DNA from: the human T2T-CHM13v2.0 reference genome, Homo sapiens
Length of the DNA: 64,000 nucleotides
NCBI RefSeq assembly: GCF_009914755.1
Contig: NC_060938.1
Direction: 5' to 3' (one strand)
The translations under genes were made by a program, and so were the position numbers. Positions 17,251-32,885 of this stretch are shown in pieces (the first letter of the stretch is position 1; every line of letters starts with the position of its first letter). The notes under the pieces were generated by a model, which was not told the origin of the DNA, ran no database searches, and saw only the letters and a list, made by a program, of their open reading frames with translations.

Positions 17251-17292
17251 CAGTGGGGGCTGCTTAGCGCAGCCAACCGGCATGGGGGGCTT

Positions 17293-17306
17293 ATGAATAT
17301 GCAAAT
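17293..17306 (+). promoter_or_regulatory. POU octamer ATGCAAAT with adjacent half site (ATGAATATGCAAAT), putative PROX2 proximal promoter
   Basis: Exact octamer at 17299-17306; a second ATGCATAATATGCAAAT at 16313-16329. Confidence 0.4.
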
Positions 17307-17914
17307 TGAGGCCAGCTGGTTGGCTGCCCCCATGCCATTTCTCAACGCCACCCCAACTCAGGTGCCCAGAAAAGCCAGCTCAGAGAGGGCCTTCCTGAAA
17401 TGCCATCTCTTCTGTCTTTGCCTATGGACCACAGAGCCCTTTGAAAACTTGGGGACTGAATCACCCAGCTTCTCTCATTGCTCTGGCCTCCAGCGGGAAG
17501 CTCCTGACTTCTGCTTTCAAATTCCCCAGAGAGGCAGCTCCAATATGAACATCCTCTCCCTGTCCCTCAAGCATCCTGAGAAGACTGGAATCAGCCCAAC
17601 AGCAAACCATGGCATCTCAGATCTGCAGGAAGGAGAGGCTGCGTGGTCCCTCCCTCCCACAGAGGCCTGAACACTGCTGAGGAAGCTGCTGCTGGGCCAA
17701 AAGCACCCATCCCTGACAGATCTGGGAGAACTCACTGGCCAAACCCACCTACTCCCGAATGTAACCCAAATTTTGCCTTCCCCTCCTCCTTCAGCTTGAG
17801 AAGTGGAGGGGATGTTGTGAAATACAGCAATGAAAATTAGTAAACCACAGCTCAACTCATCAACGTGGACAAATCCTCAAAATACAATGTTGACTGAAAG
17901 AAGTAAGTCACAGA

Positions 17915-18574
<660 letters not shown>

Positions 18575-19270
18575 TTAAAAAATAGACCAAAAAAAAATAC
18601 CCACACAAAAACATGTCTAGATTTTCATTGTGTATTCATCAGTCCATTATTTTGAATTACAACTGAATGAAGAGATAGACAGATAGATGGAATCTAGGTA
18701 TCATAGGTAACACTGAGTGAATATAGGGCATAGTCCCTATTTTAAGGAGCCCAAAGATGGAAGCATAGGCTATAGCCCCATCTACTAGCTGGCCGATAAT
18801 ATTCATAAACTCATAGGCAAGGATGTGAATGTATGGTTCAGAACACACATAAGAAAACCGGGGGATTTGAGGTAAATGAGCTACTTAATCCTTTCTAAAA
18901 ACACACCTTTTTTCTTATTTAATTTGAAAGTAAATACATCTTTCATTTTCATTTTTTATTTTTTTCTATATCAGACCACTGCTGGAGACATCTTTTTCTT
19001 AATTTAAAAACACAGGCAAAAATGTGTATAGAACATAAGCATATTGAAGCTATAATGAAAACAAGGGGATGGTTAATATATAATTCAGTATAGTAGTGGC
19101 TAACTGGGTGTGATGATGGAGGAGACCACAGGGAACTTTTCCATTCCTTCAGCTGGGCAGCAAGTATGGGAATTCCTTTTATTATTTTTCTTTTAAACTG
19201 GACACATAGATTTTTATATCCTTTTTAATACGTATTTTACAATGAAAATGTTTTTAAAAATTATCTTTTG

Positions 19271-19661
<391 letters not shown>

Positions 19662-19765
19662 TTATTGGGTTGCAGCTTGGAGTCCATGGAAGCTCGTATG
19701 TGAATCTCGAGGAAATCAATTTCAACTTTTACCCTCTCAATGGGATTTTGTATGAAACCATGCTC

Positions 19766-19767
<2 letters not shown>

Positions 19768-19802
<35 letters not shown>
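19768..19802. repeat. (TG)n microsatellite
   Basis: Direct observation. Confidence 0.95.
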
Positions 19803-19803
<1 letters not shown>

Positions 19804-19895
19804 TGTCTTTAGACTGTAATATCTAAGATTAACTTGGGTGATCACTAAAACTCCAGAAGTGCTTTGCCACATTATAACCAGGCTTGAAGTCTTGA

Positions 19896-20199
<304 letters not shown>

Positions 20200-20252
20200 T
20201 GAAGCCTCTACACCTTCTATAAGAATCTCAAAAATTGTTAAAGACTGTGAAA

Positions 20253-20548
20253 GCCTGTAATCCCAGCACTTTGGGAGGCCAAGGCAGGCGGATCATGAGG
20301 TCAAGATTTTGAGACCATCCTGGCCAACACCCTGTCTCTACTAAAAATACAGTGACACCCTGTCTGACACCCCGTCTCTACTAAAAATACAGAAATTAGC
20401 TGGGCATGGTGGCACGCACCTGCAGTCCCAGCTACTCGGGAGGCTGGGGCAGGAGAATCACTTGAACCCGAGTGGCAGAGGTTGCAGTGAGCCAAGATGA
20501 GATCATGCCACTGCACTCCAGCCTGGGCAGCTGAGCAAGACTCTATCT

Positions 20549-20581
<33 letters not shown>
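20253..20581 (+). mobile_element. 5'-truncated AluS with internal duplication and long A tail
   Basis: TSD aagac(t/c)gtgaaag. Confidence 0.9.
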
Positions 20582-20583
<2 letters not shown>

Positions 20584-21145
20584 CCGTGAAAGGACTGGGT
20601 AGCTATCTAAGAAAAATATTAACAGCAACACTGGCAAGAAATTGCCATAGCCCCTGACTACCGTTCTTGGATTCTTCAGCTGTGTCCACCAATGTTGTAA
20701 ACATGGAAGTATTTAGTCATTCCACAAATATTTATTGAGTACCTACAGAGTCCCAGGAACTCTGATGTCCCAGGTGTTGTGTTTGGAAAATTCAGGAAAA
20801 TAGAGAGTGGTCTCTTTCCACCTGCTGCTCTATGCAGCATGGGAGACAGACAGGTAAACAGGACATTACAATAAAATGCAATGTAGAAACCCAGACACAG
20901 TGCTTTGGAAGCATAGAAAATGTATCTGTTAACTCTGCCAGAGGGGTTAGGAAGGGATTAAGAAGGAGATTTAAAGGATGACTAGGAGTTCCTAGGCAAA
21001 TAGGAGGAGGAAACAGCCCATGCAAATAGCTCAGCAAGGCTATGGCCAGTAGTGTGGTTTGACTAAAGCTCACAATCTGTGAGAATGTGGGGAGAGAATC
21101 AGAACATAATCAGAGGCCTGATTATCAGGTGCCTGGCCAAGTTGA

Positions 21146-21649
<504 letters not shown>

Positions 21650-22984
21650 TAGAACTGCTTAGGGAGCTTTTCAAATAATTCAGGTGAAAGCTACTGAGGA
21701 GTTAATTGTGGGTAGCAGCAGGGCAGAGCTGTTTTCTCTATTTCTAGTTAGGACTTTGGCCCATCCTTCCAGAATTTCAGTGGCAGTGCTTTCAGGGTTC
21801 AGGTGAGTGAAGGCACTGTAAAGGTCCTGATGGAATTTGAGGCCAGCCTGGGCAACATAGTGAGACCCCGTCTCAATTTATATTAAAACATAAATTAATT
21901 AGAAAAATAAAAAATAAAGGTCCTGAGGGCCAGGCAAAATGCCTCAGATAAAGAAATCATCATGAACGGCACCAAGTGGTTCATTCATTCATTCATACAT
22001 TTATGTGTTACTAATTCAGCCAGAGGTTTAAAGCACATCTTTTTCATTAGGAAGGTGAGCCTTAAAGGTGAATACTCAAGGGGCCTGAATACTTAAGGAG
22101 GGGAAGGGGATGCTATATGCTTTCACTTCAAGTCAGCGGGAAGAATGGCACACTCAAAGTGGGGAGGTCAGCCTGGCATGGTGGCACCTGTAGTCCCAGC
22201 TACTCCAGAGGCTGAGGCAGAGGGATCGCTTGAGCCCAGAGTGTCGAGGCTCCAGTGAACTATGACCTTGTTTCTTAAAAAAACAGCTGGGAGTTTATAT
22301 TCTAGGGATAGGGTGACAAACGAACAACTTCCAAAATGCACAAGATGTATGGGGAACAATTAGTTTGGCTGGAATTTGCGTTGGGGGGAGATCAGAAGCT
22401 GTTGAGAAATAAGGCTATAGTTGGTGAAGATATCCGACTCGTAAAAAGGCAATGGGATTTAGAAATTCCTGGGATTCTGTTTCTTTGACTCGGGGTTAGG
22501 AAGACAGGGAAGTAACAAGTGCCTTTTTTTTTTTTTTTAATAGTTAAGGGACCTGAGACTGGGGGTGGGGGGCAATGTCATCTGCCCCAGGCCACACAAG
22601 TGTAAGATCAGGCATGCATGTCTGCCAAGGTTTCAGTTCAATGTCCGTGCCCCTCTTTTGCTCTCTTCCCAAGGTACAGAGGCGGAACGGCGCGGTGCCC
22701 TCGGGTCCCAAGAGAGAAGGGCGCCAAGCTCAGAGCCAGTTCTGTGGAAGGGTAGGGGAAGGCCTGACCCCGGGGGCAATGTGGTGGCGGGACAGTCGTA
22801 TACACCTTCAGGAGAACCACCTCAGGCTGACAGGCAGTGCGGAGGGCCCCAAGAGCGCCTTAGGGTTGCCTGCTCCAGAGAGCGGGACTCCTGCGCTGCA
22901 GCCGGGATACTGGGCGCCGCCGTGCGCCCACCCCCTGCCAGTGGTTCGCTCCGAACACCCCTCGTCGGGCGGCGGGTACTGCGG

Positions 22985-23000
22985 CCCGCCCCACTTCCGG
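22985..23000 (+). promoter_or_regulatory. GC box plus ETS/GABP (NRF-2) site in the DLST core promoter
   Basis: CCCGCCCC (22985-22992) abuts ACTTCCGG (22993-23000); typical of nuclear-encoded mitochondrial genes. Confidence 0.65.
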
Positions 23001-23053
23001 TTGTTGTCCGGCCCTATATCCGGTGTCCGCCCGCCCTCGGCTCCTCCGCCGTG

Positions 23054-23116
23054 ATGCTGTCCCGATCCCGCTGTGTGTCTCGGGCGTTCAGCCGCTCGCT
23101 CTCCGCCTTCCAGAAG
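23054..23116 (+). CDS. DLST: DLST exon 1 (MLSRSRCVSRAFSRSLSAFQK)
   Basis: ATG 23054; donor AAG|gtacgg. Confidence 0.97.
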
Positions 23117-23690
23117 GTACGGTCTGGCCGAGCCGGGGCCCCGACGGGTGAGGAGTCTGTTGGCGGGCAGAGAGGCGGCCTGGAAGGCAGGGGCGCGGCG
23201 CGCCGGCCGGGCCGGGCACCAAGGGCACTGGGACGCGGAGGCCGCGCGGGCTGGGCGGCCCGGGGCCGTGGTTGCCCTCGGGACCGTTTTGCGGAGCCCA
23301 GCGGCCCCCTGCCTTCTCCAGGCAGCCTGCGGGGAACGTTTCCTGCTGTACCCCACCCTCCGCGCGGGAGCTGGGGAGCCGCGCCCGTCCAGATACTTGA
23401 CTCAGAGTTAGGGAGGAGGCGCGGCGGAGTCCTCCGGCGGGATTCGGCGCCCGTCTCGTCTTGCTCTGTTAAAATCAGTGGGTATTAATGAGTCCCGTTG
23501 GGAAGTTGAGATAGTTTGGCAGGCCCAGCGTGTTGATTGGGTCTGCCAGCACGGTGTGTTGCATTTACCTTCGGAGTTACGAGATTCACCTGTCACCACC
23601 ACTGGGACAGCTTTGAGCGTGTACTTAAAAGAAAAAGCTGGGTTTTTTTTTCATCTTGGGTGACGTCGATAATGTCTTCTTTCTCAACAG

Positions 23691-23724
23691 GGGAACTGCC
23701 CTCTAGGGAGACGTTCCCTGCCTG
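23691..23724 (+). CDS. DLST: DLST exon 2 (GNCPLGRRSLP)
   Basis: caacag| ... |gtaagt; 34 nt. Confidence 0.95.
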
Positions 23725-24112
23725 GTAAGTTCTGCCCTTACCGTCACCTAAAATGCTCTCCTCCTGGGCAGAGCAGTATGTGAGGAACTCGGGGGTGCCT
23801 GTGTTTCTCATAATATTTAAAGACAGTTTGGTTCAGAGAGTAGTGAGACGCAATGCTACATAATCACGAGCTATCGCTTATTCATTTAGCTCGTAGTTGA
23901 GTTTCTACTGTGTTAGGCACTGTGCTAGACGCTAGGGATACAGGAGTGGATACAGAAGTGTACAGTTCTTGCCCTCGTGGAGCTCCTAGGCTAGTTGGAT
24001 AGTGTCAGTTGCTAAACAAGCCAACAAAGGCAAATTTTTGTAACTGCTGAGAAGGAAACGAGGGTGGACAGAAGAGCCCTTTTTGAGGAGGTGACTTAAA
24101 AGTTATGGCCAT

Positions 24113-24414
24113 GGCCGGGCGCGGTGGCTGACGCCTGTAATCCCAGCACTCTGGGAGGCTGAGGCGGGCGGATCACGAGGTCAGGAGATCGAGACCATCC
24201 TGGTTAACACGGTGAAACCCCATCTCTACTAAAAAATACAAAAAATTAGCCGGGCGTGGTGGCAGGCGCCTGTAGTCCCAGCTCCTCGGGAGGCTGAGGC
24301 ACGAGAATGGCGTGAAGCCGGGAGGCGGAGCTTGCAGTGAGCCGAGTTCGCGCCACTGCACTCCAGCCTGGGCGACAGAGCGAGACTCCATCTCAAAAAA
24401 AAAAAAAAAAAAAA
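24113..24414 (+). mobile_element. AluY (CpG-rich, young)
   Basis: TSD-like aaaagttatggc. Confidence 0.94.
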
Positions 24415-26685
24415 GTTATGGCTAGCAGAATGTGACGGAGCTAACCCAGTGAAGCCCAGGAGAAAGAGAATGGCATTCACAAAGACCCTGAGGAAGAAAA
24501 GAGGTTGGCAGAACTTAAGAGCTGGAAAAAAGGTGATTTGGCCGGAGTATTTTGGTTAAGGGAGAGAGTGGCAAGAGATAGAAGATGGTATAGAGACTGA
24601 AGGAGTTTAGATTTTATCCTAGCAGTTAAAAAGAAAAAAGTGTCATCCATAGCTTTTTTTCTGTTATATGCCTAGCCTAAGTATTTGTTGAATGAGTTGA
24701 CCTTGTTGTGGGCTTTCTTTGTGCCAAGCATTTATATGAGTGCTTTCTGTGAATTTTTTAGTTAATCATCTCAAAACAGTAAAAAGTATTTTCTCTATTT
24801 TACAAATGCATAACCCAAGACAAGAGAGCTTAAAAGCCTTGGCCATGGTCACCCACCCAGCTGTTGATAAGCCAGGTCTACCTGACCCATCCTGAACTCT
24901 TAACCCACCATGTTCTCATTTACTCATGGACTCAACAGATCATTTATTGAGTGCTTACTATATGCCAGCCACTGTTCTAGGTAACAGGGGTATAGATAGA
25001 CTCTAGCCTCGAGATTTTATGGGCTAGCTGGAGAGAGAGAGCAAATATACATTTATGCTCCGACAAGGGCATAAATTTTGGTTACTACGAGAGAGGAATT
25101 AAAGGGTGTGATGAGAGGGTGGGATGATGTAGACCAGCTTGGGAAGGTTGGGAATGTCAGTAAAGGCTTCCCTGAAGAAGTGACATTTAACTGAGACCTG
25201 AATATAAAAGAGCCAAGAAAATGTATTCCAGGCAAAGGGAATTGCTTGTGCAAAGGTTTTCAGACAGGAAAGGACTTGACCAGTGATAGACATGGGAAGA
25301 AGCCTGTCTGGCAGGAAAGATAGAGTGGGCTGGACGGTACAGGATCGCGTAAAGTGTGGACTTTATCCTGAGAGTTATGAGAACATAAAGCCCCTAGCAC
25401 AATGTCGGCTTGTAGTGGACTCTCAATAACAAACATGTTTTTCAAGTGGGAACCCTGAACAATGTCAGTAAACATTTTCTCCACTTCATAGGTGGGCAGG
25501 ACAATGGAAAGAGCCTTGCACTTGGGGATTTGCATTTGGGCTCAGGGATTCACCTTGGGCTAGTCGCTTAACCTCCAAAAGTCCTACTTATATGAAATGG
25601 GAATAATGGCAGATGGTCGTTCCACTTCAGAGAGTTGTGAGACTGTAAAATCAAAATGAGGTCATTATGGGAAAGCTTTTTATAAACCCTAAAGCACTGT
25701 ACAAATGAAATTTGCTGTAGGATGAACTCTGAATTGGACTCCAGGTTCCCAAAATCAGTGTGAGCCGCCATCTATTCTAGTTCAAAAACATACTATGCTT
25801 AGAATTTGCACTGCATAGTCATTGGCTGCTGGACATAAAGGTGACTGGCTTACCTATCTTGGGATGCTTGTGAGGAGGTGGGCATAAGAGAGGGCTAGCT
25901 CTCATTTGGTGTGTCCTGAGCCCATGGTTCAGAAAGAGTTGTTAATCTGAAAGAAAAAAGACATAAGAAAGAATTCAGAAGAGGCAGCTGTAGTTACTAG
26001 TCATCAGTTGGGGAAATGCAGTTAACTATGATAAGGACAGCTGGTGGGCAGAAAGGGTCTCTCACCTTGTTGAGAGTGACCAGGGTGGAAGACTTCAGAA
26101 AGGCATGGGAAGTCAATAAACTGAAAGATGGGGACATGATTTTCTCAGCTCTAGGACAAACTGGAGACCCCGAGCCTAAAGTAGCCAAGTCTTTGCTACT
26201 AGGATTCAGGTGATAAGATTTCCAACCCAATCTTTTCAAACCCAGACCAAACATCCTCCTTGCTTCTCAAATTGGGTTATGTATAGTCACAGGATAAGCC
26301 ATCCCATGTCTTTCTCAAGCTTCAGTTGTATTTGAAGACTTGGCGAGTAGAGACATTTTATTATGAAAACATACAGGAATAATGAAAAGTTCTGGCTTTT
26401 TAAGGTAGATGAGATTATATAATCACTTTGGGCTGTGCCATCAAATTTTTTCTCTTTCCTCCCCAGCCAAACACATACCCACTCGATCTCACATACCCAT
26501 TTGCTCTCTGCCACTAAGGCTACTTTGGAAAAGTTTGAGAAGCAGGACTCTATGATAAAGATTATATCCGTTGCCGTTGATCCTGCTCTGTCTCAGGGTT
26601 GGGGGTGAGCAGACCTTTTCCATTCCCAGCATGTATCCTTTGTGAGATAAGAGTTGTTGGTTAAGAGTTATTTTGTTTCTTGCAG

Positions 26686-26734
26686 GGGTCTCCTTATGCC
26701 AGGGACCAGGTTACCCTAACAGCAGGAAGGTTGT
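26686..26734 (+). CDS. DLST: DLST exon 3 (GVSLCQGPGYPNSRKV)
   Basis: ttgcag| ... |gtaagt; 49 nt. Confidence 0.95.
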
Positions 26735-27425
26735 GTAAGTATCACTGGGGAGTACAGATATGTGGCCACGGGTTATTTATTTAAAGACATAAAGTTCTAA
26801 ATTTGACCATCTGATTTCTTCACTGGCCTCCAGACCTAGAAATTGAGGTGATTATGTTGAGTCCCTAGACTAACCTCAATGTTCACTTTTCCCATGTGAT
26901 GTTCCTTGAGCATCAGCTCCGTGTCAGGTTTTGGACTGGGAGTGTGCCCACTCTCCACAGGTGTTTGGATTATAATGAAAGTTAAGTTGGAATCCTCTTT
27001 TTATGGGATATAGAAGGGTGCTCCTAGATATTCTGTTTGGATGTAAGTGCAGCTGAAAGGCTCGAGGTTACATTTATTGTGGAGATTGAGAGCATCCTCT
27101 CAGTAGCATAGTTACTCATTTTTAAAAACAGTAAAAGCATAAAACTGGTTGAGTCCTGGGACTGACTGACTAGTTTGGAGGGAATGCTGTTATTGCATAA
27201 TGCAGAGTTTGGAGAAAGGCTACCCATGTGTGTTTCAGATTAACTTCTGCGTATGAATGTTGCTTAAATGCTGCTTTGCATTCCAAGTGTTTTTGTGGTG
27301 GTGCTAAGAGAATGCTCTCTAGTAACCTGTTCAGCAGCTGTCAGGCTGCTTACTCTACAGGGAGAATCCTCAAAGTGAAGAGGTCAGCGGATGAGCTTCT
27401 TACTTACTCTACATCACAATGAGGG

Positions 27426-27730
27426 TTTTTGTTGTTGTTGTTTTGAGACAGGATCTTGCTCTGCCACTTTGGCTGGAGTGCGGTAGCCTGATCTTGGCTC
27501 ACTGCATCCTCAGCCTCCTGGGCTCAAGAGATCCTTTCACCTCAGCCTCCTGAGTAGCTGAGACTACAGGCACATGCCACCATGCCCGGTTGTTTTTTGT
27601 ATTTTTTGTAGAGATGGGGTTGTTTTGCCATGATACCTGGGCTGGTGTCAAACTCCTGGGCTCAAGCAATCCATCCACTTGCCTTAGCCTCCCAAAGTGG
27701 AGGATACAGGCGTGAGCTATGGTGCCTGGC
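27426..27730 (-). mobile_element. AluJ
   Basis: Alu consensus. Confidence 0.9.
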
Positions 27731-27818
27731 TGATTTTTTAAAATTTGAGTAAATGTTGCACTCAGTACTAGAAATATGAATCCCGGTGTTATTTTGGAGG
27801 GCAGTTTGATAGTCATAA

Positions 27819-28156
<338 letters not shown>

Positions 28157-29556
28157 TAGCAATTCCATCTCTAGGAATCTATACTGAAGAACTCCTGGTA
28201 TATTTATCTCAGATTTAATATCTGATAATATAAATATTATCAGATTTATCTTAAAATGGCAAAGAGCAAGGGATTGGCTAAACTATAGCATGTTCACATG
28301 TTCACACTATGAAAAGTGGGAAAAAGCAGGTTACAAAATAATTTCATTTTCTACTGTGTGGTATGATCCCATTGTAAGTATTCTTTTTGCTATTTCTAAT
28401 ATTCTGTAGTGAACATCTAGTTATTTAGAGATTCAAAATGTATTACTCATCTGCAATCAAATGAAAATTGGGGCAATCATGACTCTCTACAATAAATACA
28501 CTAAATATTTGAAAGTAAATAATGAAGAAAAAGTAAACTTTGTGTGGGATCACCCCAATCATGTCACCCTAATCCAGTATCTTTGTGTGTGTTGTGCCTT
28601 TTTTGTGAATAAGGTACCCACTTTATTTAATAAATCTTTTATTGTAAAACAATTTTTGGTTTTATGTTTTTACTAATAGTATTATATTTACATGATTAAA
28701 AATTCAAAAAGTAAAAAGGGTGTCCATGAGAAGACTTTTTTATCCTTGTCCTCTAGCCCCCCGAATGCCTCTTGGGTAGTGGTGGCCACCACTCCGGGTT
28801 CCTGGATGACTTGCAGAGCAGCCTCTGCACTTGCATGTTACCTGTTAGTTCTTGCCTATAGGCATGTACTTTACAAGGTTACAAACTATATGTAGAACAA
28901 TTTGTATTCTTGTAGTTTTTAAATATCTTCATTTTTTCTTGGTTATACATAGACCTTATAGTTATTTTGACATTATAAAAGTAAAAATACCTAAAGACAA
29001 CTTAAATCTCTTTTACTTTTCTATTATAAAAATGCTTGTTGTGGAATATTCAGACAATCCTGAAGTGTAAAAAGTGAAAGTCCCCATCCAAATCATTCTC
29101 CCAAATTGTGTAAGTGTGCAACACATAACCAGAGATACCATATATGTCTACATCTCTCACCCCTCAGAGGTAACCACTGTTAATGGCTTTGTGCATACAG
29201 GGTGAGCTGATTCTCCAGTTTATATTATTTACTGTAAAGGCCATATCAGTAAACGCCTTGGTCTTTGAGGTTCGTTTTGAATGAATCCAGAATGTGTTGA
29301 TGTGCTGTTTTCTAGCAAGAGAACCGAGTAGGAGATACCATATGGGGTTTGTGTGTGGTTTTTTTGTTTTTGGGTTTTTTTTTTTTTTTTTTGGCATAAC
29401 ACCTTGTTTTACTTCCGAGTTAACCTTGTTAATCTTGCTGCCTTATCTGATCTAAATCTGTTATCTTGAGGGCAGAAATTCCATTATACCTTGCACAATG
29501 GCTTGTACCCTGGGCAGGCCGTAAATCTATCTCGGATTTAGTTAAGGAAGAGACCT

Positions 29557-29822
29557 GGCTGGACATGGTGACTCACTCCTGTAATCCCAGCACTTTGGGT
29601 AGGATCTTTGAGACCCGTCTGGGCAATGAAATCCATAGTCTACAAAAAGTAATTTAAAAAAATTATCTGGGTGGCATGTGCCTGTAGTCCCAGCTACCCG
29701 GGAGGCAGAGGTGGGAGGATCCCTTAAATCCAGGAGTTTGAGGTTACAGTGAACTATTATCATGCTACTGCACTCTAGCCTGGGTGACAGAGCAAGACTC
29801 TTATCTCTTAAAAAACAAAAAA
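29557..29822 (+). mobile_element. AluJ (internal deletion)
   Basis: Alu consensus. Confidence 0.88.
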
Positions 29823-30194
29823 CCAAATCAAGAAGCTAAGTCATTTCGGTCTGCAAAGGACCAAGGTGCTTATTTTTTTATTGAAAGAGCCAAATGTAAG
29901 TCTGTTTTGTGAGAGTTGGCATTGCATTGCAGCACAGGGGCCTGAGCATACTTGGGGAGCTCACCATTTAAGGTACCTGGGTCGTTAGGCTCTACTCCAG
30001 ACCTGCTGAGTCAGAATCCCTGGGGGAGAGGCCTAGACAAGTGAACTTTGAAAAAGTTCCTCCCCAAGTGACACTGATGGACACCCCTGGTCAAGAGTCA
30101 CTGTTTAAGGGGAAGGTGACCCATGGGGCCTTAACTAGACTAAAATGTGAGTGGTTCGCCTGTTAAAAGGAGTTAACGTGTGTTTCTTTTGTAG

Positions 30195-30247
30195 CATTAA
30201 CAACAGTGTCTTCAGTGTTCGCTTTTTCAGAACTACAGCTGTATGCA
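30195..30247 (+). CDS. DLST: DLST exon 4 (INNSVFSVRFFRTTAVC)
   Basis: ttgtag| ... |gtaagt; 53 nt. Confidence 0.95.
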
Positions 30248-30374
30248 GTAAGTACCTGCTTTCTTGGGAATGGAATTTTATGGGAAGAGCAACAATTGAT
30301 TGAGTTTAATTAAAGAAAAATATTAAAAAGGAAAAATGAACTACTTATGATTTTCTTTTTTGCATTTTTCCTAG

Positions 30375-30449
30375 AGGATGACTTGGTTACAGTCAAAACC
30401 CCAGCGTTTGCAGAATCTGTCACAGAGGGAGATGTCAGGTGGGAGAAAG
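30375..30449 (+). CDS. DLST: DLST exon 5 ([24 protein letters not shown])
   Basis: tcctag| ... |gtaaga; 75 nt. Confidence 0.96.
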
Positions 30450-30460
30450 GTAAGATTTAG

Positions 30461-30785
<325 letters not shown>

Positions 30786-30996
30786 CTCTCACTTCTTAAG
30801 TTTAAGTGCTATCTAAAATTCTCCCCTCCCCTCAGGATAGTTGTAGAATTTATAGCTCTGCCGTTTTCTTTACATATGTACTTTCTGCTGGCCCTGTAGG
30901 AAAGGGTTCTTATAACATACCTGCCAAAATGGGTTTTGTGGCTACTGGAGGCTCCCCGCTAACAGGTAGCCTTGTAGCCTTTGATTGTCTTTTCAG

Positions 30997-31052
30997 CTGT
31001 TGGAGACACAGTTGCAGAAGATGAAGTGGTTTGTGAGATTGAAACTGACAAG
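30997..31052 (+). CDS. DLST: DLST exon 6 (VGDTVAEDEVVCEIETDK; ends on the lipoyl-lysine)
   Basis: tttcag| ... |gtaggc; 56 nt. Confidence 0.96.
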
Positions 31053-31152
31053 GTAGGCTTATCTTATATTCGTACCAGCTTTTCATGGGCTTCCCTTAGT
31101 TAACCTAATGAAAGAAACAGGGACTTAACCATTGTTTAGAGATAATTTTTAA

Positions 31153-31518
<366 letters not shown>

Positions 31519-31816
31519 GCATTTAACTTTAAATTGTTTGCTGTGTGTGTACTATGTACTTCATTTAGTAGCTTTAGTCTTGTAGTGTGTGGTGAGGGGG
31601 TGGGGAGGGTAAATAAGCTGTTTCCACTTTTTCCTGTATCACTTGGAAACATATTAACTGAATATTGCCTGAATGTTTCTGAGAAAGGACAGAAAGTGAA
31701 TCTTCACAGTAGCGATGACTTGTTATCACCCTTGCTCTGAAATTATGGCCTTAGATGTTTGTGTGCAAGGCCTTATATATTGTGTTGCAACTCTTGTTAC
31801 TCACTGGAGATACGCT

Positions 31817-32077
31817 GTTGTTGTTGTTGTTTTGAGACGTTTCGCTCTATCACCCAGGCTGGAGTGCAGTGGCACGATATCGGCTCCACCTGCCAGGTTC
31901 AAGCGATTCTCGTGCCTCAGCCTCCCAAGTAGCTGGGATTACATTTTTGTAGTTTTTAGTAGAGATGGGGTTTCACCATGTTGGCCAGGCTGGTCTTGAA
32001 CTCCTGACCTCAAGTGATCCGCCTGCCTTGGCATCCCAATATGCTGGGACTACAGGCATGAGCCACTGTGCCTGGCT
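31817..32077 (-). mobile_element. AluS (internally deleted)
   Basis: Alu consensus. Confidence 0.88.
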
Positions 32078-32155
32078 TCATTGGAGATTCTATACAGCTA
32101 ATTTTCTAATGCTGGATAAACATTTGGACTTCCTCCATCTGTCTTCCTCTTCCAG

Positions 32156-32267
32156 ACATCTGTGCAGGTTCCATCACCAGCAAATGGCGTGATTGAAGCT
32201 CTTTTGGTACCTGATGGGGGAAAAGTCGAAGGAGGCACTCCACTTTTCACACTCAGGAAAACTGGTG
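32156..32267 (+). CDS. DLST: DLST exon 7 ([11 protein letters not shown]...LRKTG)
   Basis: ttccag| ... |gtaaag; 112 nt. Confidence 0.96.
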
Positions 32268-32541
32268 GTAAAGAAGTTCTCCTGGTGGTCAAGGTCTCCA
32301 GTGTTCCCTCTTGGGATTGGGACTGAGCATAATGTGCTAATTCCCCGATATGTCAAAGACTCTTGTCATTCCAGCTGCCCTTAGTTGAGGGAATAAGGGG
32401 TAAATTTATATATAGTGTGAACTTCAAATGTCAAATTCTAAAAGAAAAGTGTATTTTTTAAAAAATAAACCTTATACTCTGTTCTTTCCATGGGTGTTTC
32501 TTAGCAGGAGCTGAGAAACTGGACCTTTTCTTATAGATATA

Positions 32542-32664
32542 CAGATTGAGCATACCTAATCTGAAAATTCAAAATCTGAAATGCTCCAAAACTGAAAATC
32601 CAAAATCTGAAATGCTTCAAAACTTTTTGAGCACTGACAGAATGCTCAAAGGAAATGCTCATTG
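32542..32664 (+). mobile_element. Tigger4a/MER46A fragment with an internal 31-bp tandem duplication
   Basis: cagattgagcatacctaatctgaaaattcaaaatctgaaatgctccaaaa...atgctcaaaggaaatgctcattg. Confidence 0.8.
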
Positions 32665-32850
32665 TCTTTTATGGGGAATTCAGTGTTGTTTCTTTTCACA
32701 TCTGTTCTCTCATATCTCTAGGAAGGGTTGGTATTTCTTTTGGGAAGAAATGAGAAACGAATTTGTACTGGACCTGATAGGATTAGAGATTAATAACTTT
32801 ATCTGACTCTTAGTTAAATTTTATAACCACTAAAAAGTCTATTTCTTTTT

Positions 32851-32885
32851 CCTAAGCGAGAATCGTACCCGTAGACCAACGAGTC
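32851..32885 (-). pseudogene. 5'-half tRNA-Pro(AGG) tailless retropseudogene
   Basis: Minus strand GACTCGTTGGTCTACGGGTACGATTCTCGCTTAGG is 32/35 identical to tRNA-Pro nt 1-35; 17-bp direct repeats at 32835-32851 and 32890-32906. Confidence 0.9.

Larger units (their letters stand above)
22660..23600. promoter_or_regulatory. DLST: CpG island / DLST promoter
   Basis: High GC and CpG density around DLST exon 1. Confidence 0.9.

Noticed and set aside
22565-23488. 307-aa ORF extending DLST exon 1 in frame upstream and into intron 1
   Set aside because: GTG start and no ATG before 23054; stop-poor CpG-island sequence; core promoter motifs sit only about 60 bp upstream of the real ATG.
32851-32885. 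Functional tRNA-Pro gene
   Set aside because: Only the 5' half is present: no B box, T arm or 3' acceptor strand.
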